A stretch of DNA of 64,000 nucleotides from Chiloscyllium plagiosum (GCF_004010195.1 NC_057756.1:4021232-4085231); one strand, 5' to 3'; shown: positions 26,101 to 39,899, numbered from the stretch's first letter. Notes: generated from the sequence alone by a model not told the origin. Translations and numbers: made by a program.

Positions 26101-27416
26101 TCAGTTCTAAAGAAATTGACATGTACCTGAATAATTAACTCTGTTTTAGGAACAGATAACTTCGGGGTGTGAGTTTGCGGTTCAGCACTTCGTTCTTGGT
26201 TGCGGTCATGGCTAATTCCATCCTGGTCTGAACTTCCTTTGCTTGCTCACTTTACATCGCCCTTTGTGTAATTTTCATCAGAAACATAGCTATCGCTTTT
26301 CGGAATCTGTTGATTGATTCTGTGTCCAATACACTTTCTAAACTACTGCTGTCAGACCTGTTGAGTTGCTACAGAATTTCTTGTTTTTGCTTTAAAGGAG
26401 ACCACATTGCGAATGCATTATGAATAGTCACTTCTGAGGAAGAAGCAGGAATCTTGCTTTCCATGTTCTATAACCTCTTATGAATCACGATAGGTAGTCA
26501 ACTGTTTTAAAAACTAGTTAAAACACAACTCAATGATTTTTCGAGTTTGGTGATCCACCATCCACCAGGAAGTAATCTCTAAAGGGTTTTGGGCTTTTAA
26601 TGTTACGACTCATTCTTTTACTCTTTAAACACCTGAACCAGCATAAATAACAAAACAACCGTTATTGCAATGGAGTATCAACATAAGTTGATCTGAATCT
26701 CCTCCCAACGTCACACTCTCGATTCTGAATCTCCGAGGAAACAACTGCATAATATCCTATCATATTGTACAGTTCACCAGAGCTTTTCGCAGCCTTGCAC
26801 ACTAATTCTCATCAGAACTATATATCTGTGTATGCCGGCTTGATCATGTTTAAGATGGATGATTTGAAAAGCTATGGTTGATCGGGAGATTCAAGGCTCT
26901 TTTAATAAAACTCTTCCTGCCAATGATTTTGCAGACAGACTCTCGCTTCCTTCTCAGTTGGTGTCAACATACATAATGTATACGCTGTCAAAAATCTTAA
27001 GGAACATGTATTTTGGAAGTAAAATAAGCATTAATATGGGACAGAATAGGTTTGTGCAGTGCTATAGGTGTAGTCTCAGCAACGAATGATAACACTGCAT
27101 CAAATTGCCTGCAATTTAAGTGAATCCTTCACAAGTAAATGTCTTGAAACACCGAGACATTGGGATAACATACAAAACTGTTGTTAAGAATTCTGTTTGG
27201 TGAAAGAGTTATCGTTACAATTTCAATGTGTTTCATCATGGAGTTAATGATTACAGAAAACAAATTATCTAAACAAAGAAATTGGTGATGAATGTCTGTA
27301 AGTTCATTTCATTGTGATGTGGAAAGTATTGACATCTCTTCAGGAACAGGTTCAATCATTTCATCTTCTTGTCTAATGTATTGTTTCTTCGCCATTATTG
27401 TGCCTCAAACCTGCAG

Positions 27417-27434
27417 CCATTTGTAGAGAAGATG
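27417..27434 (+). CDS. Candidate 18-nt micro-exon, phase 1-1, (A)ICRED
   Basis: cctgcAG|CCATTTGTAGAGAAGATG|GTAAGC; CTAAT branch-like motif at 27373. Confidence 0.5.
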
Positions 27435-28637
27435 GTAAGCCGACACAAATCTTTCTGTTTGTCCATGCCTCAATTTTTCATGTTTATTAGAGCAGCTCAG
27501 GAATGTAGATATGATGGTTGGTTCAGTTTAAAGTATTCCTGTCGGAACTGAAGATCAATCCAAATAAAAACAATCATTCAATCCTCTACTTGCTATGTGG
27601 CGAAGGTGATGAGACCGTTTTTAAATGTATGTTACAATTATGTTATGAAAACTAACACTGAACAGTGAGGTTCATTTTTGGAACATTTATCATAGCACTG
27701 CGGCAACTTTGTCGAAATTTTGTTACAAGTACAGCAATGTAAGATCGACAAGGCCTTTTTTCGAAACATAGAAAGACCAACAAACAGAGAGAAGCAATAT
27801 ATGCAGCAATGTTCATTTGCTAACAGAAGTTGGCTCCAACTGGCAAGGTCTGCAATTCTTCACTGAATAATTCTACTGCAATCGTATTGAATTAATTAAC
27901 TAATGTAAACTTGAAATACATTCAAAACATTTCCAATGATGTTTTTAATAAAACTTAGGTTCATCTAACACTCAATAGCTACAAAACTACAGCTAATGGG
28001 CGTGAATCCTGAAAAGAAAATAACAGTTGAAATGAAGTGTCAGATGGAAAAGTTGCAACCCATCATCATCCGTAGCAGTACATTGCATTAAAATGACAAA
28101 TGAATAGGTTTTGAGTACATTTGCTGACATCAACGCACAGTGGTGTTCATATGTGAGGCACATCTGTTATTTGCGAGGAAAATATTTTCATAGTCATTGG
28201 TTCTTCAAAATTGAATCCAGAATTGTGTGCACTTTTTTGCAGAAACAATTAAGATTGGACTGCAAAATGTGAACAAAACTATGCTCCTCTGTCTATTTGC
28301 TATTTCCTAACTGTTTTATACCATACATTTTGATGAAATAGCAAACGTGACAAAGCCTAAGTTAAAGCCGACCTAAAAATCTCTCATGTCCTAAAATATG
28401 CCAACGAGTTGCAAGTATTTGACAACTCAATCCTCCGCTCAAACGTATTCATGGAGATTTTCACACTAAACTTATCGATCTACATACCTGAAACGATGGT
28501 CCTTCATCCACAGCAATATTTTGCATGTCTTGCAATGTTAGGGTGTATTTGGAAGCAATCATGCAACGACTATATTTTGCCGAAATTGTAATGTAAAATG
28601 TTATCTCTTGTTTTACTATCATTTGTCAATATTTCAG

Positions 28638-28664
28638 ATCTGCGAATGCTCGAACTAGCTTATG
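28638..28664 (+). CDS. Candidate 27-nt micro-exon, phase 1-1, (D)LRMLELAY
   Basis: Long T-rich tract ...atatttcAG|ATCTGCGAATGCTCGAACTAGCTTATG|GTACGA (weaker donor). Confidence 0.45.
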
Positions 28665-29704
28665 GTACGATTTTGTTATGTATTATAATTATTCCAGTTT
28701 ATATTCAAATCAAGTTCTTGTTGTCAATGAGTACTAATACTCAGCTGTTTTGGTAGACAGCAGCTTACTAGTCTCCCAAAATGCTTGAGAAAAAAATGAA
28801 GACATTCCAAAGAATAATGTGCAAGGAGCATTTCACAGCCAGATTACCATTAATTTGTATCTGCACATAGACTGACTGTCAGAGAAGTCATTTATTTATT
28901 TTAGGAACATACATTCACTCGTCAAGACTGCGAATCAAATAAGACAGCTAAGTGGACAGACCTTGCTCACATTCTATCCATTGGGCTTGATTACAGCTTT
29001 TTAGTGAATAGATGCCTGTTGATGAAAGTCTATAGTGTAATATTGTAATCAAAGCAGCATTCAAATATAAGAACTTGAATATAGCACTAAACTGACTAAA
29101 ACGTAATTCATTCTCATGTAATGTGGCCAGTTAAATCGGAGACAGTTCACATGTCTAAATGAGACACGTTTGTGAGAATTGGTTGATTATTTTTAATAAT
29201 CCCTGAAAACCATTCTTGTTCACTCGTTTAGTGCATTTTGACTCGTGCTAAATTCTGAGAATCACAACTTAGAATGATATGGATGACGGATATATTTTGA
29301 AAGTAAATTTATGAGATTCGAGTAAGAAAAAGTGTAACTTATGCATTTGCTTGCGAGACAAAAACATACCCACTTTGGTAAAACTCTCAGGAAAATGATC
29401 TTGAGAAAATCTGTGCAATGAAACAAATTTATAGAAAAAAATATTGACTGGTTTGATCATGACAAACAAGAACACCGAGATTCAAAACAATTGGCAAAAG
29501 GTCAATTCAGGCGAAATTGGTTTTGTTTGCTTTAACAAAAGATCATTTGTGATGTAGTTTTAAGTTTGAAGCTACATGGTAATTACTTTACAGAGGCAAT
29601 GGTATTTACAGAACAAACAACAAACAAACGGGTATGTTGAGGCATGCAGAGTGTTAAATTATATGGATATTTTATGAAACATGTAGGGGTACGATGAAAC
29701 CATC

Positions 29705-30030
29705 TTCCTGCTGCCTGGCAGCGACAGGGAGGTGATCCAAGCCTCCGGCAACTGGCTGCATTGAATCTATGCATTCTATGTAAGTGTGTGTAGGGTTAAT
29801 TTGCATGTCCTGCTTTCCTTCTCCAGTCGAAAGATGCACAATTTACGTGGATTGGCCGTGCTAAATTGCCCACAGTGACCAGTGATGTGCAGGCGAAGTG
29901 GAAGAGCAATGTAAAATGCAGGATTACAGGCATTAGATATTGGATGGGTCTCACTGGGATGCTCTTTCGAGCATCAGTATGGATTTGATGAGCCGAATGA
30001 CATGCTTTCCCACTGTAGGGAGTCTGATTT
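29705..30030 (+). mobile_element. HE1-type SINE, degenerate
   Basis: GAAAGATGCAC...GGATTGGCCGTGCTAAATTGCCC core and GGATTTGATGAGCCGAATG...TTTCCCACTGTAGG tail, matching the reverse complement of 37802-38107. Confidence 0.75.
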
Positions 30031-30075
30031 TTGTTTTAATATTAATGAGTGGACATGTTTGAGGGAGAACTTTAT

Positions 30076-30157
30076 TGCTGGAACAGCACAGCAGGTCAGG
30101 CAGCATCCAGGGAACAGGAGATTCGACGTTTCGGGCACAGGCCCTTCTTCAGGAATG
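30076..30157 (-). mobile_element. Short non-autonomous Penelope-tail element
   Basis: Reverse complement matches the tail 25667-25745 of the Neptune-like element. Confidence 0.8.
30121..30156 (-). ncRNA. Minimal type-I hammerhead ribozyme, intact core
   Basis: Minus strand AUUC-CUGAAGA-A-GGGC(CUGU)GCCC-GAAAC-GUC-GAAU: stem I AUUC/GAAU, core CUGANGA/GAAA, palindromic ACGU stem III, GUC cleavage triplet. Confidence 0.8.
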
Positions 30158-30945
30158 AGCAGAGTAGTTTCCGAACAGAATGAATGCGATATTGATATCT
30201 ATCAGTCAGGATAACAGTTATCTCTCATCTCTGATTCAACAAAATCTGGATGCTCATGTCCCAAGTGCTATGGTCAATCTTTGGTTCACAGTGAATAAAA
30301 GTAATGAATTGTATTGGAACAGTCCTGTCAATCTTTAACTGCAAACTCTCCACTTCTACTTGGCATAATGTTTCTATTTCTGTAGACTGCAAAAATTTGA
30401 TAGTCTTTATCAATTGTTCCCTTAAGTCAAAAGTTGGTTTCTGTTGTAAGATAGTTCATAGTTTTTATTTCCTTCGGGTTTTGCTCCTCTATTCCCCCCA
30501 ACCCCCGTCCGCCACACACACACACACAGTTTTTCCTAAATGATGCACCTCGGTGTGTTAAGGCGTTCTTTCTGTCAACAAGAGTGAAATCGACTCTCCT
30601 CTATTACTACTCCATCATAAAACTACTAAAAGCCGCAATGTTAACATTATCTATAGATTACAGTGAGAGCCAATAAGGTGTTAATTCATGCGTTGCAAAA
30701 TAAAAAAATAAAAACACTTAGCACATGCGAGTTATGAAGTGCACGTCTTCATTCATTTACTTCATAAACATTGTATTGTTCTGAAGAGGTCTGTCTTTTT
30801 TTCAGTTTGTTTATTCTACTGCGTTCATTCAACAACAAAAGAAGACACTAGGATATCCATTAATGCCTGTAAATGACAAATGGCTTATCAAAGGAACTTA
30901 ATGTGACACGTCATGTCTTATCTCCGTTTGTTTTCTGCTTTTCAG

Positions 30946-30981
30946 AAGTAGAAAAGTGTAAAAAAGCTCACAAGAGTGCAG
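30946..30981 (+). CDS. Candidate 36-nt micro-exon, phase 1-1, (E)VEKCKKAHKSA
   Basis: tttgttttctgcttttcAG|AAGTAGAAAAGTGTAAAAAAGCTCACAAGAGTGCAG|GTGAAT; very strong acceptor; parallels 17893-17928. Confidence 0.7.
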
Positions 30982-31189
30982 GTGAATAAGGGGATAATTT
31001 TAATTTCTCAATGTGCACATGTACAATCACTTGTTCTAAAGTGCATAAAGTTGTAAACAAAGTGACTAATGACACGCGGGCAAGAGCGATACCCTGATGA
31101 ACTAATTAAAATGTATCTAATTTAGTGTTTCCTTCAACAACAATGTACATCTCATCTATTGTCCATCCATAATTGCTCAGAGGAACTTT

Positions 31190-31440
31190 TAGAATGAAAC
31201 ACGTATCTATGAGCCATATGGGAATGACACCAAACAGGTTTTGCATGTTTCCTTCCTTGAACGACGTTTGTGAACAGTATGGATATCAATCAGTAAGAGA
31301 AATCGTCATTTGTTCGCTGTATAATTAATATTTTAATTTATATTAAAAGTAACTTTCATAATCAACTATGGTAGTATTGAAATGGAGTTCTAAAATACGA
31401 GTCTAAAAACATATTATCCCAGGCATTGCCTTCCTTCCTT
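31190..31440 (-). mobile_element. Possible very old DeuSINE-type remnant
   Basis: TTTCCTTCCTTGAACGACGTTTGTGAAC resembles a recalled reversed Deu-domain phrase; weak. Confidence 0.3.
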
Positions 31441-31699
31441 ACAAGAAAAATAATTGAACACACATTATCGAGGTTCAACGGGACGGCAATGCTTTAGTAT
31501 ATGAATCATAGAGCTTTCGTAGGCTGGGCAAATAACAAAAATAATTTCAGAGAAACCTAAGTGTCCTGGTCCTAATCCTTTGAAACTATTCTCACGTGTA
31601 GGTAGACCAGTTAAGAATGAGTTTAGTGTGATTGCCTTCATTGCACAAAGCTTTTTGTCTAGAAGGTAGGATGCCATTTTTAGGTTGTTCAGTATGATG

Positions 31700-32225
31700 A
31701 CAATATATTTTCTTGAGTCGCCTTGCTATAGGAAGGATATTATTAAGTTGGAAATGGTATAGAAAGATTTATCAGGATATTGACGAAGTCGATGGTTTCA
31801 GGTAGAGAAAAGAATAGTTTGGTACGTTCTTAACTGAAAAAAGCCAAGGAGTCTGCACAACGATCTGAATAATGCTAATAAAGTCATGAGGAGCGTCAAA
31901 AAAATCAATAGCAAGGGCGTTTTCGCAAGGGGGATTCAAAATTAGGGTGCATCGTTTTAAGTTGAAAAGACAACGTTACAAAAGTGAGCTGAGGGGCAGC
32001 TTTTACACAGCAAGTTGTTCATGTGTGAAATGAACTGCCAGCGGAAATGGTAGATGCGGGTACATTTACAGTGGTGAAGATGTTTAGATAATCACAGGCA
32101 TAGTAAGCGTTTCTTTTGATATAAGCCAAACTCAGGCGAAATAAAATAGATCAGTTTGGAAACATGGCCACTTTGGACGTGTTGAAATGGAGGATCTGTT
32201 TCCATGCTGTTTTCAGGCTCCCTAT
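31700..32225 (+). mobile_element. CR1/HER1 LINE 3' end
   Basis: TCGCCTTGCTATAGGAAGGATATTATTAAGTTGGAA (SPCYRKDIIKLE) and a tail TTGGACGTGTTG...GGATCTGTTTCCATGCTGT shared with HE1 SINE tails. Confidence 0.75.
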
Positions 32226-33325
32226 CTCTATAATCATATTCTACGTTTGGAGTAGAATGCAGGATATATTTGTTTCGTCTTATGTGCCTCTATGTGCCTT
32301 TATACTCTCCGTCTCATCAGCGAACAAAGCTGGAATACTGGATACTTGTTGCTGAAAGTTATATCACCAAAAATTGGGAATGTGGCACGAGAAATGACAT
32401 GCAGATTGTGTTTAACGTATTGATAGATTGGTTGAGCTGAAGGACTGAATGCGTTGGCTTAGCAAACCACTTCATAAGGTAAAATGCATCTAATTAATCA
32501 CAAGAATTATAAAATACCTTTATGACAACAAAACATATTCTGACCAATGAACCAGTTAATGGCAATGCCAATTCACCAAGCTCAATCAAAATGCTTAAGA
32601 CCATTTAATGCTTCCCTACATTGGTAAGGGTGAAGTACATTTCTTAGTAGGCAGATCCGAACAACATGAGATGACCTTTTGGAGATTAAATAAAACCTGA
32701 ATCAAAAGCATCAGCAATGATTTCTGATTCCATCACGTCCACATGCTGGACAAATAATTGCTATTGTAAATTTGTCACAAATCCCACAATTCTCGAATCA
32801 TTTCAGGCTTTGTTTACAATACCGTAAAATATCCACACCTAAATGTGTAATTTAAGATTTAAAATGTATAATTAAGCATTTGCAAATGCATACAAATCGA
32901 TGACGATGTTCAAATAATCCAGCTTCTTCAATATTGTAGTTCACGAAGAGAAAACAGGGATCCTTACGAGGTCAGAAGTACATATGACAGAATGAATCAC
33001 CACACACTCTTACTAAGTTCAGCAACATTACCGTTGATAAATTTCAGGCAGTCTGATATACTCCACATGATATCAAGAACATGCTAAATTTGCACTGTTC
33101 TAAAAGACCTTCTGGTGTGACCAAGACACAAGGAATCTAAATAAGTATTTGTACTTCAGAACATGAAAACGACATTATTTTTCACAAAGATAAATAGCAA
33201 GTTTCTGCTTTGCAATTCAGGAGCTTGCCAAGTAGACCCAAAACAAAAAGACAGGAAAATAAAACCAAAGGAATAATGGCACAACCTGCCCACTGTCGAT
33301 CATCAGTTATATCATGGAGTGGCAC

Positions 33326-36210
33326 GAACACAGAACATAGAACGTTACAGAGCAGTACAGGCATTTTGGACCATGATTTTGTGCCGACCTGGAAAATTAA
33401 TCTGATGCCCAACTAACCGAAACCATTCGATTAGTATCCATATGTATGCTCAATGCCCATTTAAATGCAGTTTACATCAGTGAGTCTCCGACTGTTACAG
33501 GCAGGATTTTCCATGCCCCTAATATCTGAGTGAAGAAACTATCTCTGATATCTAAACTAACTCTATCATCCCTCAATTTAAAGCTATATCTCCTCGCGTT
33601 TGCCTTCACTATCAGAGGGAAAAGGCCTTTGCTGTCCACGCTATCTCACGCTCTGATTATCTTATGTATCAATTAATTCACTTCTCAAACTTCTTCTCGC
33701 CAATGAAAACAACCTCAATTCCCTCACCCTTTCTTTGCAAAACTTTCCTTCCATACCAGGCAACATCCTAGTAAATCTCATTTAACAGTTTCCAAAGCTT
33801 CCACATTCTTGTTATAATGTGGTGACTAGATTTGCATGCTTTACTGCAGGTACGGACTTACCAGTGTATTTAAAGCGAATGCATGACCTCATGGCTCCGA
33901 AACTTAATCCCCATTCTAATAAACACCAACACACCTTATGCCTTCTGAACAAGCCTATCAATGTGGAATGCAATTTTCACGGATTAACGCACATGGACAC
34001 CGGGATCTCTCTGTTCATCTACACTGCCAAGAATTTTACAAATAGACCAGTACTCTGCAATCTTGTTCCTTCTTCCGAAGTGAACAACCTCTCACTCTCC
34101 CGCAGGGATTTGCCATTCCTTTGCCCTGCTCTGCAACTGGCTTATGTCCCTCTGAAACTCACAACATCCTTTAGCAATATCTACAACTCTGCATTCCTTA
34201 GTGTCATCTGCAAATTTACTAGCCCATTCTTTTACGCCCACCTCCAGATCATATACAAAGATGACAAACAGCAGTGGCCCCAAACATATCCTTGTGTCAC
34301 ACAAATGGTACCTGAGATTCAGGATGAACATTTCCTATCAACCACCACCCTCTGTCTTCTTTCAACTAGCGAATTTCTGATCCAAACTGTTGAATCATCT
34401 TCAATCCCGAAACTCCGTATTTTGTGTCATAACTTATAGTGTGGAACCTGATCAAACGCCTTACTGAAGTCCATATACACATCAACCGCCTTACCTTCAT
34501 CCACATGTTGCCAACTCGAAAAACTCACTAAGGTTAGTGAGCCAAGACCTGCACTTCACAAAAACGGGGTGACTATCCCTCAACAAATTATTTATTTCCA
34601 GATGATTATAAATCCTACCTCCTAGAAGCTTTTCCAACACCTTACCCACAACCAAAGTAAGGTTCACTGGCCTATAATTGCCAGGGTTGTTCCAAATCCC
34701 CCATCTTAAAGAAGGGAACAAAATGTTCTACCTCCAGCTTTCTGGCACTACCTCTGTCCAGAATGGTAACATACACATCGAAACCAAAGGTTCTGCAAGT
34801 TCCTCCGAGGCTTCGCTGAGAATCTGACCCAGGATTCTTATCGATTTTCAGATCTTCTAAAATTGTTAAAACCTCCTCTTTGTAAATCTCAATCCCATCG
34901 AACGTTGTCGCCTTTATCTTCATATTCACACGAATATTGCCACTTTCAAATGTGAATACTGATGAAAAGTACACAATAGGCGCTTCCCAATTTCCTCAGG
35001 ATTCACACACAACTTTCCACTACTATCTTTGATTGGCGGTCATCTTACTTCAGTCATGCTTTTATTGCCGCTATGCCTACAGAAGGCCTTAGAGTTTTCT
35101 TTGCTCCTATCCGCCAGCAACTCCTCATTCTTCCTCCTCGTTCATCTATTTTCTGTCTTTAGATATTTCTGGCTAACTTATGACTCTCAAGCCTTCTAAC
35201 TGAGCCATCACCCCTGACTCTTATACAAACCTTCACTTTCCTCTTAAAAGAGCTTCAACCTCTTTCATAAACCATGGCTCCCTGTCTCGACAACTATCTC
35301 CTGCTTGATTAGTATATAGTTATCAAGGAGCCGCAGTAACTGTTCGTTGAATAAGCTCCACACTTCAAGAATGTCCATTCCCTGCAGTTTCCTGCCGCAT
35401 TCTATGCATCCTAAAGCTTGCCTAATTGCGTAATAATTGTCTTTCCCCCAGTTATACCTCTTTCTCTGAGGCATATACCTATCTTTGCCCACTGGTATTG
35501 TAAACATAACCGAATTAATGTCACCATAGCCAAAGTGCTCACCGATATCCAAATGTAACACCTGCCCGGTTTCATTATCCAGTATCAAATCTAATTTGGC
35601 CACCCCACTTGTTGGCCTGTCAACATATTGTGTCATAAAACCCTTCTGCACACATTCAACAAAAGTCGAAGGGTCAAATCTACTTGAACTATCCTATTCC
35701 CAATTAGCAAATATTGGGGAAGTTAAAGTCCCCCATAACAATTACCCTGTTACTCTCGCTTCTGTTGAGATCATCTTTGCTATCATTTCGCCTGCATCCC
35801 TCGAATAATTCGGAGGCCTATAGAAAATTCCTAACAGGGTGATGTCTCCTTTTCTGTCTCTATCCTCAGCCCAAACTACCTCAGTGGATAGGTCCTCAAA
35901 CGTTATCTCTTTAATCATCTTTACTGGTCTTGCTGAAATATGGGAATCTCGGAATCTGGAACAACCATTCACGTCAATCCTATAGCGAGATCTCTCAGAT
36001 GACCACAAAATCTAAATCCCAGATAATAACACATGCTGCAAGTTCATCCACCTTATTGCAGATTCAAAATCACATTAAAATACACACTTTTCAAACCAAC
36101 ATCCTGATTGCCGCTGCCCTCGCCCGATCTCGTAAACCAATCCCTGACCTCACAACCCTCAACCTTCCATACACTGGAACGATAATTGAGGTTCCCAACA
36201 CCCTGCAGCA
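33326..36210 (-). mobile_element. CR1/HER1-like LINE ORF2, near full length, decayed; same subfamily as 4560-7275
   Basis: Reverse-strand motifs GLKSVYFN, LLGIFYRPPN, TQYVDRPTSGVAKLDLIL, NPGNYRPVNLTLVVGKVLE, LGPLLFVIFVYDL...SKFADDTK. Tail (AGAACAT-like repeats) at 33326-33343. Confidence 0.92.
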
Positions 36211-36404
36211 TTAACTTTAACTTCACAATTTTAATACATTGTCTGAGCTGAGATGTCACTTTCTTACTTGTAAAAAAAATAAGCTATATCGAGAACGTGA
36301 TTTAAAAGAACTTCTCAGATTTGCATATTAATGATCCGAAACCAGAAACACATTTTAAAAGATGAAACACGTAACAGCAATCTAGATTTGGTTAAAGTAT
36401 CATT

Positions 36405-36532
36405 TCAGTTGCATGACACTGTAATCTGTTGCTATAAATTCTGTATTTTATGGCACTGCTCCACAGCTATCTGATGAAAGAACAGCGCTCCTAAAGCTAG
36501 TGGGTCCAAGTAAATCTGTCGGACTCTTGACT
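36405..36532 (+). repeat. Older, longer relative of the 51141-51230 hammerhead repeat
   Basis: CTGATGAAAGAACAGCGCTCCTAAAGCTAGTGGGTCCAAGTAAATCTGTCGGACT aligns with 51145-51201; the GAAA is mutated to TAAA. Confidence 0.7.
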
Positions 36533-37579
36533 TGTGAGTAGAGGGAAGTAGATTTTTGTGCACAATACCATGTGCATGCTACCCTTAATGCAACGTAAAA
36601 TGCTAACATGAATATATGTCAGTATCTATTCACGTGTATTGAGATTTTTAAAAAATGAAATTCGGACGCCAAAAGAAATGTGCTTGATCTGATTTCCAGT
36701 GCATTACAGAGATTAATGAAGACACAACATCAGAGCATAACAACAAGAATTCGTGATAGCCAAAATTGTAGACCCAGAAAACACACCCACATCCTTTGGA
36801 TGAAGAATCATAATTTAAAGTACTGTTTCGTCCAACAAAAGACATGGAAAAGTATTAACGTTGTTCCAATTAATCTGTTAAGACACTGACTTGTTTTTCT
36901 GAACGTAAATACTTTGGCGAATCATTTTATGCAACACAAACGTGACAGGAATCAAGATAGGAATCAAGGTGTGCAACTACAAAGAAGTCACACAATTTAT
37001 TTTAAGTTCGTGTTACACTGGAATGCCTTGAATGTCATGCCATTTCCTTTTTGCCTGCCAAATAATATTACTTAGCGTATTGCAAGGAATTAAATAAATG
37101 GCACTTTGAAGTTATTGAGCAAAAGCATTGAAAACAATGGAGCACTTTCAACGAGCAAATTGTTTATACGGCGTGTCATTGCTTCAAGCAATTAAGCAAA
37201 AACGTGGTCTACCAACTGGTGCTGACCCAACGAAAATTAGACTCAAAACTCTAAACTAACGTCGCACTTGTTTTCGCACTCCATGTGATGTGAATTATAT
37301 CAGATTTTGTGTCCGTTAAAAAAAACTTTAACTTCATACTTCTTCTTGACAGTAAATAGACATGAGTCATGTGAATGACATACATACTTCATTGGGAGCA
37401 CAATTGTTGATTTTGTCCTGCGAAAAGAACATTAGAAAATTCACAGGAAATTTAGCTATGGTGGATTAAATAGCAAACTGCTAATCGATTGATTTTAAAA
37501 ACATTGTGTCCAACTTATAATTATTTGGCTGCTTCCAGTGGCATTACATTTTATGAGTTTGTGATAATATGTTTTACAG

Positions 37580-37603
37580 ATGATTTGAAGAGGAAAAGTG
37601 ATG
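37580..37603 (+). CDS. Candidate 24-nt micro-exon, phase 1-1, (D)DLKRKSD
   Basis: atatgttttacAG|ATGATTTGAAGAGGAAAAGTGATG|GTGAGC. Confidence 0.65.
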
Positions 37604-37801
37604 GTGAGCAATATCAATGGGTATTTTACACGGAATGAACCATTGTTACATATGTAATGAACAGTAAAATTTAAAACATATAATGCACATTTGCTTCTGA
37701 TAAACGCTGTTGTAAGTAATATACGTTCGTGCAGTTTCCATATGTCATTTTTTTAAAAGTCAAAAAGTAATTAATCCATCCTCAATAAACTTCGTCAGAA
37801 T

Positions 37802-38107
37802 GATTAGATTAGATTACTTACAGTGTGGAAACAGGCCCTTCGGCCCAACAAGTCCACACCGACCCGCCGAGGCATAACCCACCGAAACCCATTCTCCTAC
37901 CTTTACCCCTTCACCTAACACTACGGGCAAATTAGCATGGCCAATTTATCTAACCTGCACATTTTTGATTGTGGGATGAAACCGGAGCACCCGGAGGAAA
38001 TCCACGCAGAAACGGGGAGAATGTGCAAACTCCACACAGAGAGTCGCCTGAGGCGGGCATTGAACCCGCGAGGCAGCAGTGCTAACCACTGTGCCACCGT
38101 GCCGCCC
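37802..38107 (-). mobile_element. HE1-type tRNA-derived SINE, near full length
   Basis: Minus strand starts GGGCGGCACGGTGGCACAGTGGTTAGCACTGCTGCCTC (A box) and GGTTCAATGCC (B box). It has a central GCCATGCTAATTTGCCC core, the LINE-shared tail GGCCGAAGGGCCTGTTTCCACACTGT and (TAATC)n. Confidence 0.93.
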
Positions 38108-39899
38108 TTGTAAGTCACATGCATTTCGTTTTAGAATGCAAAAATAACTTAATGTTGTCTTATGAGTAACTCACAACGACCATGGGGCTACTACCGGGAA
38201 GAAAAATCATTTAGGGCCCAACAAACACGATTCATCGTTTATTTAACTTCAAACCAAAGTTTTGGGTGGGGCAGAAATTGAAATTGTAAGAAACCATATA
38301 TCCCATCAGTATAAAACTCCGAAATGCATTCTTAATATAAACGTCAATATTGTCAATGTTGCAATGCTCAAAAGAATTTAATATCAATGTTCATGCTGCC
38401 AAGTAAATCGAAGTGAAAGTATTCAGTAAGTATTTATTATCTGCAAATTAATAGTCTGACTACCTTATGATGTATGATGATCAATTCGTCTCTGGGTACT
38501 TTGCTCATTGCTTTTCAGTCGATACTGAGCATGCTGTCGATTTGATTCATACCTTGTGTTCTGTTACTTTTGCAGTTTCCCACTGAAGCTATTATTTACA
38601 CCTCTTTTAAATCATTCAGAAATTATCATGTCAACATTAACTTCAATTACACTTATATTTTACCTCACAAATGTCTGGAAACACTACTGTGTGGTATATA
38701 CGTGGTAAGGTTAAGGATATTTTTTGTTTTCTTCAGGACTGAACAATACGTTTAACTAGGAAGGGAAGAGGTAACTTAAGATTTTCCACATTGAGAAGGA
38801 GGATATTAGAAGAAAACACAGGATTTATTCACACATTACGTGAAAATCTCGGAACGAAAATAATTTATAGAACTAGCCCTGTTACATTTGTGTCATTACG
38901 AATTTTAAAGAAAAGATTTCGTCAAAGTTGGAGGTCTGAAATAAAATAGAAATTGCTAGTGACTCCAACATTTTTGGTAGGATCTGTAAATTTAGAACTG
39001 CTCTAAAAGCAAGTCATATCGCACCCCTGTCTGACAGCATTATATCAGATATGCTTTGGATCATCAGCACTTTTGTTCTTTTCTTTCATTTCGTCTCTGG
39101 AATGCAGATGAGCTATGGCCAAACTGGTCGAGGCAAAACAAATTCAAACAATTAAATGGATGATACAATGATAATTGGCTGATAATCGGTTTCACTTCAT
39201 TGGACACTGGCACAATTACTGGCATAGAAAAGAATCATTCTGACATGGACGAAACCACTTGCAAGTTAGTTTGAGAAGTGTCACAGTAAATCTTGCAATT
39301 CTGGCTGTAGAGAAAGATTTAAACTAAACGGAGGGCGCAGAAACTGTTCTTAAAACATAGTCATAGGAACACATGCTGCAAAATAATTTGGCTGCTTTGC
39401 AGAGCAGCTGAACTAATAATGTCCAGACAGGGGTGGAAGGGTCAAAACGTACGAGAATAAACAGGAGTAAATGTGACCAAAAATAGAATTCATTGGGCAT
39501 GAAGAAATACACGCATTATGCATTAAGTAATAATGCAATTAATGCGCAAAATCGCGCTCAATGGCCAATTATCTAAGGATTTAAAGAATATGTTGGTATG
39601 AAATACAATAATGAAAACTAAACATTGAGAGATAAGTGCTAGTTCAAAAGCAGAGATGGGAATAGCAGTAAGGTGGAATATCTTTGTTTGCATGGGATGG
39701 ATTAATTGTCATAGTAAGCCATGTACTTGCATGATCGCCAATTAAAATGAATAAGAAAAAGACCCTAATGAGACTTTGAAATAAGGATCCAAAAAATGTC
39801 AATGCACTCGGAGCCGTAATAAATTACGAGTTAGTGAAGGAATGTAATAAGCCAAGGAATGAATCATGGTTGACATTAATCTTTACACAGATTGTAAAT

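Noticed and set aside
33819..34439. 206-aa + strand ORF
   Set aside because: Antisense shadow of the minus-strand CR1 RT.
38060..38107. tRNA-like A/B boxes as a tRNA gene
   Set aside because: It is the head of a SINE and cannot form a full cloverleaf.
38576..38704. 129-nt AG..GTAAGG exon candidate
   Set aside because: Has a stop in the phase-1 frame; the phase-0 peptide looks like translated AT-rich intron.
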